Assembly (NCBI GenBank): GCA_016199805.1
Contig: JACQGC010000013.1
Coordinates: 66,327 to 130,326, forward strand
Length of the DNA: 64,000 bases
Direction: 5' to 3'
DNA from: Candidatus Nomurabacteria bacterium
Lineage (GTDB): Bacteria; Patescibacteriota; Minisyncoccia; Phycocordibacterales; UBA9973
In this document: piece after piece, positions 17,314 to 26,240 of the stretch
Layout: each line of letters opens with the position of its first letter
Numbering within the stretch: position 1 is the first letter of the stretch
Notes under the pieces: generated by a model
Databases searched by the model: none
Told to the model about the DNA's origin: nothing
What the model saw: only the letters and a program-made list of their open reading frames with translations
Translations under genes and position numbers: made by a program

Positions 17314-17580
17314 TTACATTCTCTTGACTATTCTGCCTTTTCCCCCATAAGGATCGAGCACTACTTCCACGGAATCCCCTATCAAAACCTTGATTCTGTG
17401 CATCCGCATTTTGCCACCAAGATAAGCCAAAATTTCTTTCCCTTCTTCTCCTTTGTTGCCCCCGCCTGCTCCCGAACTATCGTGAGGGCGGGCAGGAATA
17501 TTGACCCTAAACAAAGTAGAAGGCAGGGCTTCGGTGACAACCCCACGCGCCGTTACAATTTTTTCTTTTGAATCACTCAT
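17314..17580 (-). CDS. infA: translation initiation factor IF-1 with a ~16-aa Gly-rich insertion
   Basis: 'GVVTEALPSTLFRV' and 'GKMRMHRIKVLIGDSVEVVLDPYGGKGRIV' align to the IF-1 S1-like fold. The insertion is 'PARPHDSSGAGGGNKGEE'. Confidence 0.8.
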   Translation of the reverse strand: MSDSKEKIVTARGVVTEALPSTLFRVNIPARPHDSSGAGGGNKGEEGKEILAYLGGKMRMHRIKVLIGDSVEVVLDPYGGKGRIVKRM

Positions 17581-17627
17581 GTATAGACAGTAATTATAAT
17601 AGAATTAAAGAAAAGAGTCAATGAAAA

Positions 17628-18941
17628 TTACTTGGCGTAATTTATGGTCATTTTTATGTTTTTAGCCTTATCGGGAATAAATGTCTTCCAGATGGGGCTG
17701 ATGGTGAGTGTGGCGGAATCTATGTTCGGGTACTCTGATAATATTTTAGTAAAGTCCCCTTTTGATTTGCCGAGCAGGTCAGCGACAAATTTATTTGTGT
17801 CCAACTTCCAGACGATTTTGGCCGGACCGGACAAATTAAAATTTATGGTTTGCAGATTATTAAAAGAAATATTGTCTTTATTGGTAAGTGTAAAAGCCAG
17901 ATCCCGGATATTCGGTATATAAACGTCGCTACCGTCATATTTATCAATATTGTCTTGCGCAACTTTTTGGGTTAATTTTTTTTCATTAAACAAAATGCCG
18001 TAAAGTGTGGCATTCAAAGAGAGCACGGTGGCGCTCGTTCCTTTGTCGAGCGTCGAAGTAATATTTGGCAGATTATTCGCGTCATTTGTATCGAGGAAGA
18101 CTGCATCCTTGAAAAGCACGAAGCCGGCCGGAATTTGATTCGTCGCCTGAGACAAAAGCTTTGCTTGTAATGCTGTCTTTAAATCGTTTACTGCCGACAC
18201 ATTGTCGGCTCCGGAAACATCAGGAACACTTCCGACAAATCCCCCGGTTATTTCTCCCTTAGATCTGCCATAAATTTTTGCGTATTTTGGAGTTCCCTTG
18301 AAACCAAAAATTTTAAAATCTAGCGGCCCACTGTTGTATTCCACTCCGGCTGCCGAACCATAAATTTTTACCTCGACGGACCCGGGAACCCCGCTTTTAC
18401 TCATGCCCGGCACAATTGTCCTCGTGAGTGTTTTGTATATTTTGCCGTTTGAACCTTCCAGCCGCGTATCTATGTCGAGTGCTTGGGAGGAGGAACTGAA
18501 AGCGTTGTAGATTACGGCAACACCGGTGGCTTTTACCGATACATTCTTTTCACCAAGTGTCTGAACTGTTGTACTTTCACTGCCTTCGATAACCACTAAA
18601 TCAAATGGTAAAGTGTCGGCACTAGTGTCTTTGCTGGCGGATAAGTTTTCGTTTAAAACCACACTTTTTGTTTTTTGGTTTACGACGACTTCGGCCTTTG
18701 AGAACAAAAAAGAAAAAGCAAAAAAGCAAAAAATTACGGAGACCAGAGCCACAAACCAAAGCATATACTTACTTCCTTTTTTATTTTCATTTGTGGCGGT
18801 TTTTCTAACTTCAAATATTACCCGTTCCTCATTTTGAAAAATCGGCTTTTCTTTTTCTTTTATATTTTCTCTTGGCTTTTCTATTATTTTTTTATTGATA
18901 TGTTTTACCTTCACCATATCTTTCAATAATTGTTTGGCCAT
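17628..18941 (-). CDS. hypothetical single-pass membrane protein (437 aa; K-rich N-terminus, TM ~60-80, large extracytoplasmic domain)
   Basis: ORF plus hydrophobic segment 'YMLWFVALVSVIFCFFAFSFLF'. No family recognised. Confidence 0.4.
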   Translation of the reverse strand: MAKQLLKDMVKVKHINKKIIEKPRENIKEKEKPIFQNEERVIFEVRKTATNENKKGSKYMLWFVALVSVIFCFFAFSFLFSKAEVVVNQKTKSVVLNENLSASKDTSADTLPFDLVVIEGSESTTVQTLGEKNVSVKATGVAVIYNAFSSSSQALDIDTRLEGSNGKIYKTLTRTIVPGMSKSGVPGSVEVKIYGSAAGVEYNSGPLDFKIFGFKGTPKYAKIYGRSKGEITGGFVGSVPDVSGADNVSAVNDLKTALQAKLLSQATNQIPAGFVLFKDAVFLDTNDANNLPNITSTLDKGTSATVLSLNATLYGILFNEKKLTQKVAQDNIDKYDGSDVYIPNIRDLAFTLTNKDNISFNNLQTINFNLSGPAKIVWKLDTNKFVADLLGKSKGDFTKILSEYPNIDSATLTISPIWKTFIPDKAKNIKMTINYAK

Positions 18942-18945
18942 ATGT

Positions 18946-20118
18946 TTATCTGTTTGCTAAAAAACGGCTGATATAAATAGAGTCGACAACGAGGCCGGAA
19001 TCGCGAACTACCGATTCTTCGAACACGGCTAGACCGTGAAGCATTTGGGTATCTAAAAATATGACCTCAAATTTTGATTCCGTTAGGCTGTATTGATTGA
19101 ATTGTTCTGTTTTAATTGTCTCTGAGAATAAATCGGCTATTTCTTTATCTATGGTTATATAAATAACCGACGGAATAGAAATGTCACCGGAGATGTTGGA
19201 CAGAGATTCCTGAAAACTTTTGAGCCATGTCTCCTTCAACTGGCCCGTAATCGGCATAATTTTTTTAGCCAAACTATCTTCCGCGTGACCATCTTTTAAA
19301 AGAGAAATTATTGAGTTCGCTTCATCTAAGGTAGCACCCAGTCCGGAAGCTACCCCGCGTGTCAAAAAATTGCGACCCAAAGGGAACGATATGGACTCGC
19401 GTAGGATGCTCTTCTTTATCATAAAAATATCCGTCACCTCTCCGCCGATATCAACCAAAATAAAACTTTCCTGTTCCGGGTGAATATCACGCAGAACGGC
19501 GAAAGAAGCCATGGCCAAAGAAGAAAATTTTATCAATTTAAAATGAAAGTGTTGGCTTATGGTGTCTTCAACTTTTTTCAAAAATTGTTCTCCACTTACA
19601 GAAATAAACACCGTCATTTGGAGCTCTTGTGCTTTTTGGTTGAGCGGGTTGCCGGTTTCATAACCGTTTAGCATCGTTTTTATATTCTTGAGTTCTATGA
19701 CGCGAGCTAATGGCCCATATTTTGCCAAGTTTTCTTCCTTAAAAATTTTTATTTCTTTCTGAACCAATTCATCGGCCAGCTTTGCAGTAAAAACAAAAGG
19801 TGTATTTTTCTTGAGATTAATCATCCGTGTCTGGGATGCATACCAAGGAGAAGAAAGAACGCAAAAAGTTTGACTGGGAGCCCCTAAATGAGCCTGATAA
19901 ACTTTATGAGAAACAATCTCCAGTGTTTGGATAGTCAAAGACTGCAACCGTTCAATGTCGGTTTTTTCTTCGAGAGGTATCGGTTCCGTAACAGAGAAGA
20001 TTATTTTTGGAGTCCCTGATTTTTGGATAAAAAAAAGCGCTCCTCCCACCGAGGAAGACCCAATATTAAAAACCAACATCAATTCATCTTTTTCTTTAGG
20101 TTTGGAAAAGATACTCAT
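18946..20118 (-). CDS. ASKHA (actin-like) fold protein, most consistent with Ppx/GppA-family phosphatase (alternative: FtsA/PilM-like)
   Basis: 'LVFNIGSSSVGGALF' resembles IDLGSNS. 'ILVDIGGEVTDIFMI' resembles DIGGGSTE. 'ISFPLGRNFLTRG' resembles the SLPLGAVRL motif. Confidence 0.45.
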   Translation of the reverse strand: MSIFSKPKEKDELMLVFNIGSSSVGGALFFIQKSGTPKIIFSVTEPIPLEEKTDIERLQSLTIQTLEIVSHKVYQAHLGAPSQTFCVLSSPWYASQTRMINLKKNTPFVFTAKLADELVQKEIKIFKEENLAKYGPLARVIELKNIKTMLNGYETGNPLNQKAQELQMTVFISVSGEQFLKKVEDTISQHFHFKLIKFSSLAMASFAVLRDIHPEQESFILVDIGGEVTDIFMIKKSILRESISFPLGRNFLTRGVASGLGATLDEANSIISLLKDGHAEDSLAKKIMPITGQLKETWLKSFQESLSNISGDISIPSVIYITIDKEIADLFSETIKTEQFNQYSLTESKFEVIFLDTQMLHGLAVFEESVVRDSGLVVDSIYISRFLANR

Positions 20119-20151
20119 GCAATAATTATAACATATATGGGAAGGAAAAAA

Positions 20152-21891
20152 CTACAAAAGTACTGCTTTTATACGCCTAATTCCCTGCGCCACTGCTTCT
20201 TCTTTTAAAATCTTAAAAGTGCCAAGCTCGCTGGTATTTTTCACATGCGGCCCGCCACAAAATTCCTTAGAAATGGGATTACCATCCTTGTCTTCAATAA
20301 AATACAGCGATACTACTTCCGGATATTTGGCGCCGAATTCCATTTCCGCGCCTACCTTTTGGGCTTCGGCCAAGGGCATTTCTTTGCGCACCACTTCCAG
20401 CCCCTGTTTTATTTTATCGTTTACCCAATCTTGAACTTTTTGTTTTTCTTCATCCGTCAGCTTGTGGTCGCACAAGAAGTCCATACGCAAGCGTTCTTTG
20501 GTGATATTACTTCCCCGCTGTTTGATGTTTTTGTCGACAATCGCCTGCAGTCCGGCCAAGAGTAAATGGTGTGCAGTGTGCAACCGAATAGTCTTTTCAT
20601 TATGGTTGGCCAAGCCGCCCTTGAACATACCGGCGCTCGATGTCTGAGAAAGTTTTTGATGTTCCGCCATTTTCTTTTTAAAATCTTCTAGGTCAACAGT
20701 CTGTCCTTTTTCCTTGGCAAGCTCAACCGTGAGTTCTATGGGAAAACCATAAGTCGTAAACAAAACAAACGGATCAATGCCTTTTTCAAATTCCTTTAAA
20801 CCTTGTAAAATAGTTTGATTAAATTTATTAGATTCAGCTATTATGACATCTTTTATGTGCTGAGATTTATCTTTTATATTTGTATATATATCACCATATT
20901 TGATTACAATCATGTCTACTAAAACTGATACTTCCTCATCTTTCATTCTATGATCAGAAAAACAAAATACAGCTCTACGTATTAACCTGCGAAGAACATA
21001 ACCTTGGTCTTTATTGGATGGAATTACACCATCAGAAATTAAAAAAACACTGGTTCTAATATGATCTGCAATAATTCTTTTTTTTCTAATGTCATGACCC
21101 ACGGGTATTAACACAGCACCAATGGAAGAAAACAAATCTGTATCATAAGCGGTTTGCTTGCCTTGCATTACGGCCGTGATGCGTTCTAGTCCAGCACCAG
21201 TGTCTACATTTTTTTGTTTTAATTTTCCAATTACTTTTCCATCTTTCTTTTCAAATTCCATAAAAACATCATTCCAGATTTCTATCACAGTTTCTTTTTT
21301 TAACGCTTCCAAAAATTTCTCTTTATTTAAATCTCCCACATTGCCGGACATGTCGTAAAACATTTCACTGCAAGGTCCACATGGACCATTGTCTCCTGGG
21401 CTCCACCAGTTGTCGTCTGCGGGCAGCGCATATATGCGGTTTTCGGGAATTCCGCAATTCACCCATATATCTTTTGATTCCTGGTCAAAAGGAGCATTTT
21501 CGTCACCTTCAAATATTGTAAAATATAAGCGATTCACATCGAGACCTAAGCCTTCTTCTTTGGAAGTCAAAAATTCATAGCTCCATTTGATAGCATCTTG
21601 TTTAAAATAATCTCCGAGAGACCAATTGCCCAACATTTCAAAAAAAGAAAAATGGCGATTGTCACCAATATCATCCAAATCGCCGGTTCTCACGCACTTT
21701 TGAACATCGACGATTCTCTTGCCCATGGGATGCTCTTGCCCCAAAAGGTATGGCACGAGAGGTTGCATACCCGCAGTATTAAAAAGCACCGAAGGATCAT
21801 TCTCAGGCACCAGCGAAGCCGAAGGAATAATTTTATGCCCCCGAGCTTCAAAAAACTTTAAAAATTTTGTTCTTATTTCGTCTGACTGCAT
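20152..21891 (-). CDS. alaS: alanine--tRNA ligase, compact form (579 aa; catalytic + editing motifs, no C-Ala domain)
   Basis: 'FLKFFEARGHKIIPSASLVPENDPSVLFNTAGM', 'WNDVFMEFEKK', editing-domain 'HTAHHLL' and 'CGGPHV'. Confidence 0.9.
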   Translation of the reverse strand: MQSDEIRTKFLKFFEARGHKIIPSASLVPENDPSVLFNTAGMQPLVPYLLGQEHPMGKRIVDVQKCVRTGDLDDIGDNRHFSFFEMLGNWSLGDYFKQDAIKWSYEFLTSKEEGLGLDVNRLYFTIFEGDENAPFDQESKDIWVNCGIPENRIYALPADDNWWSPGDNGPCGPCSEMFYDMSGNVGDLNKEKFLEALKKETVIEIWNDVFMEFEKKDGKVIGKLKQKNVDTGAGLERITAVMQGKQTAYDTDLFSSIGAVLIPVGHDIRKKRIIADHIRTSVFLISDGVIPSNKDQGYVLRRLIRRAVFCFSDHRMKDEEVSVLVDMIVIKYGDIYTNIKDKSQHIKDVIIAESNKFNQTILQGLKEFEKGIDPFVLFTTYGFPIELTVELAKEKGQTVDLEDFKKKMAEHQKLSQTSSAGMFKGGLANHNEKTIRLHTAHHLLLAGLQAIVDKNIKQRGSNITKERLRMDFLCDHKLTDEEKQKVQDWVNDKIKQGLEVVRKEMPLAEAQKVGAEMEFGAKYPEVVSLYFIEDKDGNPISKEFCGGPHVKNTSELGTFKILKEEAVAQGIRRIKAVLL

Positions 21892-21900
21892 TTTGTATTT

Positions 21901-22407
21901 TTATTCGGAAATTTTTCTAATTGGTCGCTCTAGTATGTTCACTAAAATCAATATAAGGAGGACAAGAATGGTAACGACAAAAGCCAAATCATAAAATCCC
22001 AAGCCCGCAGCCATGCCTATCCCCGCCGTAACCCAAAGCCCACCCGCCGTAGTCAGCCCTCGGAGCTGAGAACCATATACCATTATCGAACCGGCGCCTA
22101 AGAAACCAATGCCGACAATTATCTGGCCCGGAATCATAGTCGGGCTTAGCCCCGGGAGATTTATATATTTCTGTACCATCGCTTCCGAAATCAAAACAAA
22201 CACCGCTGAGCCCAAAGCGACAAGGGCGTGAGTTTTCATACCTGCGTCCTTATGCACAAAAAGTCTTTCCGCTCCTACGACAAGCCCGAGTCCCACAGCA
22301 ACCGTTAACCTCAAAACCATTTCACCGTTTTGTGCAAAAAATTGTTCCATGGTTAAATTATATCCCGAACTAAAATTTTTAGCAATATTTAGTACGGGAC
22401 TACGCAA
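21901..22407 (-). CDS. MgtC/SapB-family membrane protein (true start possibly at the internal 'MEQFF', ~22350)
   Basis: 'GAERLFVHKDAGMKTHALVALGSA', 'GIGFLGAGSIM', 'GLTTAGGLW'. Confidence 0.7.
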   Translation of the reverse strand: MRSPVLNIAKNFSSGYNLTMEQFFAQNGEMVLRLTVAVGLGLVVGAERLFVHKDAGMKTHALVALGSAVFVLISEAMVQKYINLPGLSPTMIPGQIIVGIGFLGAGSIMVYGSQLRGLTTAGGLWVTAGIGMAAGLGFYDLAFVVTILVLLILILVNILERPIRKISE

Positions 22408-22470
22408 CCACTCCGCCGCCTAGGCTATAATATTTGTTTTATAGTAATATAGTCTTTTAGTTATAGAGTA

Positions 22471-23280
22471 TTACGTACTTTTTTTGGTTATCGTAAAACC
22501 ATGCCTTTCACCCAAGGTATAAAACACTGCGCCGTCATGATAGCCTATCTCTTCTCCATTCTCATTTAACACTTTTCCTTTTTTTGATTTTATATAATGT
22601 TTTAAAAACTCTTTCAAATCAACCGCGCCCAAAAAGCATATTCCTTGACTGTCTTTTTTCTCCGCCACCGGCAAGTTAAATTTCTTCGCCAACTTGCGAA
22701 CTTCGGTCTTCTCCAAATTCCCAACCGGAAAAATAATTTTTTTTAATTGTTCTTGTCTGAGAGTCCAAAGAAAATATGCCTGATCTTTGGAAGGATCAAC
22801 GCCTTTAACTAAAAGCGTTTTCGGCGCAGAATTTCTCGGCATTACTCCACCCTTCGGGCGGAACCTTCCGCCTTCAAAATTCTGTGTCGAAAACGCTTTA
22901 GCATAGTGCCCCGTGGCCACATAGTCAGCCCCCATCGCTAGAGCTTTTTTGAGAAATGCTCCGAATTTCACTTCTTTGTTGCACATTACATCCGGGTTTG
23001 GCGTACGTCCCGCTTTGTACTCGCGTATCATATAGTCGGCCACTTCTTTTTTATAAACATCTACCAAATCAAAGGTGAAAAATGGAATATCCAAAAAAGC
23101 AGCCACCCGCATGGCGTCCAGGCGTTCTTCCTCTTCGTTGCAGACCAAGAAATCCGGATGCCAGGTTTTGATAAAAACCCCGACGACTTCATAGCCGGAT
23201 TTTTTCAAGAGCGCCACCGATACGGCGCTGTCTACGCCGCCGGAAAGCCCCACAAATACTGTTTTCTTCTTCATAAACAA
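22471..23280 (-). CDS. mnmA: tRNA-specific 2-thiouridylase MnmA, short form lacking the C-terminal domain (269 aa)
   Basis: PP-loop 'GLSGGVDSAV', 'TPNPDVMCNKEVKFG', 'YVATGHYA', 'QAYFLW'. Confidence 0.8.
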   Translation of the reverse strand: MFMKKKTVFVGLSGGVDSAVSVALLKKSGYEVVGVFIKTWHPDFLVCNEEEERLDAMRVAAFLDIPFFTFDLVDVYKKEVADYMIREYKAGRTPNPDVMCNKEVKFGAFLKKALAMGADYVATGHYAKAFSTQNFEGGRFRPKGGVMPRNSAPKTLLVKGVDPSKDQAYFLWTLRQEQLKKIIFPVGNLEKTEVRKLAKKFNLPVAEKKDSQGICFLGAVDLKEFLKHYIKSKKGKVLNENGEEIGYHDGAVFYTLGERHGFTITKKST

Positions 23281-23283
23281 ACT

Positions 23284-23829
23284 TTATAGTTCCATGAGCT
23301 TTTTGTAAAGCTCATAGGTCGCGCGGGCGTCGGAAAGAGCGGTGTGAGCTCGTTCGTTGTTTATGCCAAAAAGCAAGCACAACTCCCGCAGAGAAAAATG
23401 TTCGAGTTTTGGGTCATTGTGCATTTTTGCCCAAGCGATGGATACTGTGTCCAGCCGATGATAATGCATGGTATTTGATATTTTTGTTTTATTGAAAGCG
23501 TATTCCAAAAATCCGGCATCAAAAGCGACATTGTGCCCGACCATGATACAATTTTTTACTTTCTCTGAAAAAACCTTCATGGCCTCCTTTAAAGTGCCGG
23601 CAGATTCCCAATCCGTAGAATCATAATGACTTACTTTCAAAGCCACCGGGTCGGCGGTTTCTATGTGCTCCGGTTTTATTTTTAATTCAAATTCCTCAAC
23701 CACTTTGAGCGACTCCGTCGTAATCACACAGCCGATTTGAATAATCTCATTATCAAGCAGATTGAGTCCGGTGGTTTCTATATCAATAAATGCAAAATTA
23801 TGTTTTCTCATGATTGTTTTATTTTCCAA
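23284..23829 (-). CDS. DnaQ-like 3'-5' exonuclease (DEDDh family)
   Basis: Exo I 'FIDIETTGL', Exo II 'GHNVAFDAGFL', Exo III 'HTALSDARAT'. Confidence 0.8.
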   Translation of the reverse strand: MENKTIMRKHNFAFIDIETTGLNLLDNEIIQIGCVITTESLKVVEEFELKIKPEHIETADPVALKVSHYDSTDWESAGTLKEAMKVFSEKVKNCIMVGHNVAFDAGFLEYAFNKTKISNTMHYHRLDTVSIAWAKMHNDPKLEHFSLRELCLLFGINNERAHTALSDARATYELYKKLMEL

Positions 23830-24703
23830 GTAAATATTTTTTTATATTCTGATTATGCTCGGCAAAAGTTTTCGCATAGTGAATATTACCATTTTTATCA
23901 TGCAAGTAATAAAGATATGGTGAATTTTGAGGGCTAATAGCCGACTCGATAGCAAGTAAGCCCGGATTACCGATAGGATTTTTGGGCAAACCTTTTGTTT
24001 TGTAAGTCTCCGACGCCGCGTCTACCTGTAGCGGCATACCGATGGAAATTCTTTTCCACAAAATTCCGGCAATGACTGATCTGTCTGTGTCCCCTTTGGC
24101 TTCTCTTTCAATAACCGAGGCCATGGTTATAATATCTTTTTCGCTTTTACCGGACTGAACAATTACGGGAAGCAGAGGATATATTTTTTTATTAAAATTA
24201 TCGGTCATAGACTTTACCACGTCTTTGTCAGTCGTGTTGGTCAGGAAAAAATATGTATCGGGAAAAAGATACCCTTCCAAATCTTTTGTTTCCAGCAAAA
24301 ATTTCATTTTACTGAAATTTGCCAGCTTGGGAGCAGAGGCATCGGCAATCTGCTCTATATTGAAACCTTCTGGAATTGTCAGGGCTACGGGGGCCATATG
24401 GTGCTCCCCATTTGTGATACGGTAAGCCACTTGCCAGACAGGTATTTTATTTTCAAAAAAATAATTGGTGGAAATTATATGTTTTTCTCCTCTCATGGCT
24501 ATCATAAAAAATTCAAATACCACTCTCGAACGCACGATGTGCTCATTTTTCAAAAGAGCAGAAACACCGTGCAGACTCATGCCGGATTCTATGGAAATTA
24601 CCGTCTTTGGCGTAAAATCCGAAGGCGCGCTCAAAAAGAAAGAATAGAAAAATATCAAAAAAACAATCACGGAGAGCGTATAAAATATATTTTTATTCTT
24701 CAT
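23819..24703 (-). CDS. mltG: endolytic murein transglycosylase MltG (YceG-like)
   Basis: N-terminal TM, 'EGYLFPDTYF', 'MASVIEREA', 'GMPLQVDA', 'KGLPKNPIGNPG'. Confidence 0.8.
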   Translation of the reverse strand: MKNKNIFYTLSVIVFLIFFYSFFLSAPSDFTPKTVISIESGMSLHGVSALLKNEHIVRSRVVFEFFMIAMRGEKHIISTNYFFENKIPVWQVAYRITNGEHHMAPVALTIPEGFNIEQIADASAPKLANFSKMKFLLETKDLEGYLFPDTYFFLTNTTDKDVVKSMTDNFNKKIYPLLPVIVQSGKSEKDIITMASVIEREAKGDTDRSVIAGILWKRISIGMPLQVDAASETYKTKGLPKNPIGNPGLLAIESAISPQNSPYLYYLHDKNGNIHYAKTFAEHNQNIKKYLLGK

Positions 24704-24710
24704 AGTAAAA

Positions 24711-26108
24711 TTACGTAGGTAAATTTGTTGGTGGAGAAGCTTCTTTGGATTCGATACGTTCCAAGGTTGGAACTCGCATAATCTGACCCGGGAAGTGCCA
24801 CAATGTCGCCAACTCTTCGGTGTTTAAGACGAAAGTTTCAGGATGAAAATACGCTCTGACAAAGCCGGAAAATGGCCAAGGAATTCTGTGTTGATTAAAA
24901 AGATGATGCCTCAAAGGAAGATGAAAAAATGACCGTTCGCGATATTCATTCAGCATCCTGTTGGCTAAAAACATAACAGTCTCCGCGGATGCCGGAAATA
25001 CTCCACTGTATGCATCACCCTGGGTAGAGTTGTGACGAGATAAACCATTACAGTCCGGGGACTCATATTGACGAAAAATAAGACGAATGTCTTTCCGGCG
25101 ATTGACGGTGTAAACTTCTTTTTTGGCCGCGTAGAAAACACGGATACCTGTTTCAAAACCAAGCTTGGAAACTTTGGCAATCATGGCTTTTGAGACTCTG
25201 TCCAGATATGGCGGAACACGAACTTCAATTCTGGACGATTTAAGAAGTATGCCTGTATCTTGATCCTTTCTTTGGGAAGTGTAAGGAAGCATTAATTTAT
25301 GCCACTGCTCCCTAGCCTCTTCCGCCCAATCATGTTTACCAAACCAGGTATCTTTTGTCTTATATGTTTTTTTGGAAGGTGTGATAATAATTTGCGTCCA
25401 CGCCTGCTCGCCTTTTTGTAGTGACCCAAAAAATTCCACTAACGGAGAAATCGGGTCAACTTTGAATTCTTCTTTCGGATCTTTATCCAAACCGAAATCC
25501 ACATAGGTTTTGAGCGGGTAAGCTTCCGGTTTTGATAATTTAAATTCACAACCCCAGCCGTTCCAAGCGCTCTTGGGGGAAATCTCATCCACTCCCAAAG
25601 TGTAATCCTCTACCGCTTTGACTTGCGCCTGCGGGTACTGCGCATACATTTGGGTTTCGATGAGGCTACGCACACGCGTAGGCGTGCGGATGTAAAAATG
25701 CACTTGCCCGTCTATGGATGCAATCTCCAATGAAAACCAAAACCAAACGGCACCTTGCCAAAACTCTTCTTTGCCTCCCTTCATGCTGAAATGATAAAGA
25801 GCATTGGTGATAAAAAGCTCCATGGCTTTTGGGCTGCGCAAAACTTCACGCGGCGGAACTATTTCCAGTAAAACAAAATCTATCCCGGAAATGAAATCTT
25901 GCTGAATGTAATGCATCCACATAGCCCAAGCTATGCGACCGAGAACAATTACTCCGATTACCGGCAAGGCCCCTCTGATTATGGTGTATTGTAAATTGTA
26001 AACGAAAATAACGTAGACGATAATCGCTACCAATATCCACGCCCAATATTCTCTTATTCCCTCCTCGAGATTATCCCAAAAGCCCTTAGCTTCTTTTTTC
26101 TCAGCCAT
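24711..26108 (-). CDS. hypothetical membrane protein (465 aa; two N-terminal TM helices, large cytoplasmic domain, C-terminal 'FVLNTEELATLWHFPG' motif)
   Basis: ORF plus hydrophobic segments 'WAWILVAIIVYVIFVY' and 'LPVIGVIVLGRIAWAMW'. Family not recognised. Confidence 0.4.
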   Translation of the reverse strand: MAEKKEAKGFWDNLEEGIREYWAWILVAIIVYVIFVYNLQYTIIRGALPVIGVIVLGRIAWAMWMHYIQQDFISGIDFVLLEIVPPREVLRSPKAMELFITNALYHFSMKGGKEEFWQGAVWFWFSLEIASIDGQVHFYIRTPTRVRSLIETQMYAQYPQAQVKAVEDYTLGVDEISPKSAWNGWGCEFKLSKPEAYPLKTYVDFGLDKDPKEEFKVDPISPLVEFFGSLQKGEQAWTQIIITPSKKTYKTKDTWFGKHDWAEEAREQWHKLMLPYTSQRKDQDTGILLKSSRIEVRVPPYLDRVSKAMIAKVSKLGFETGIRVFYAAKKEVYTVNRRKDIRLIFRQYESPDCNGLSRHNSTQGDAYSGVFPASAETVMFLANRMLNEYRERSFFHLPLRHHLFNQHRIPWPFSGFVRAYFHPETFVLNTEELATLWHFPGQIMRVPTLERIESKEASPPTNLPT

Positions 26109-26240
26109 ACCTATATTTTAGTACAAAAACCAGAAAAATCAAAGCAAAATACAACCCCTCCCTAACCCTCCCCTTATCATGGGAAGGAAAATACGTAGGG
26201 TTAGAAGTCCCCCTGACAAGGGGGATTTAGGGGGTTGCAT

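Noticed and set aside
18946-20118. Calling 18946..20118 PilM and 17628..18941 PilN/PilO of a type IV pilus
   Set aside because: The phosphate and 'SFPLGRNFL' motifs fit Ppx/GppA-type ASKHA proteins better. The downstream 437-aa protein is far larger than PilN/O, and no PilB/C/T is present, so a pilus assignment is not supportable.
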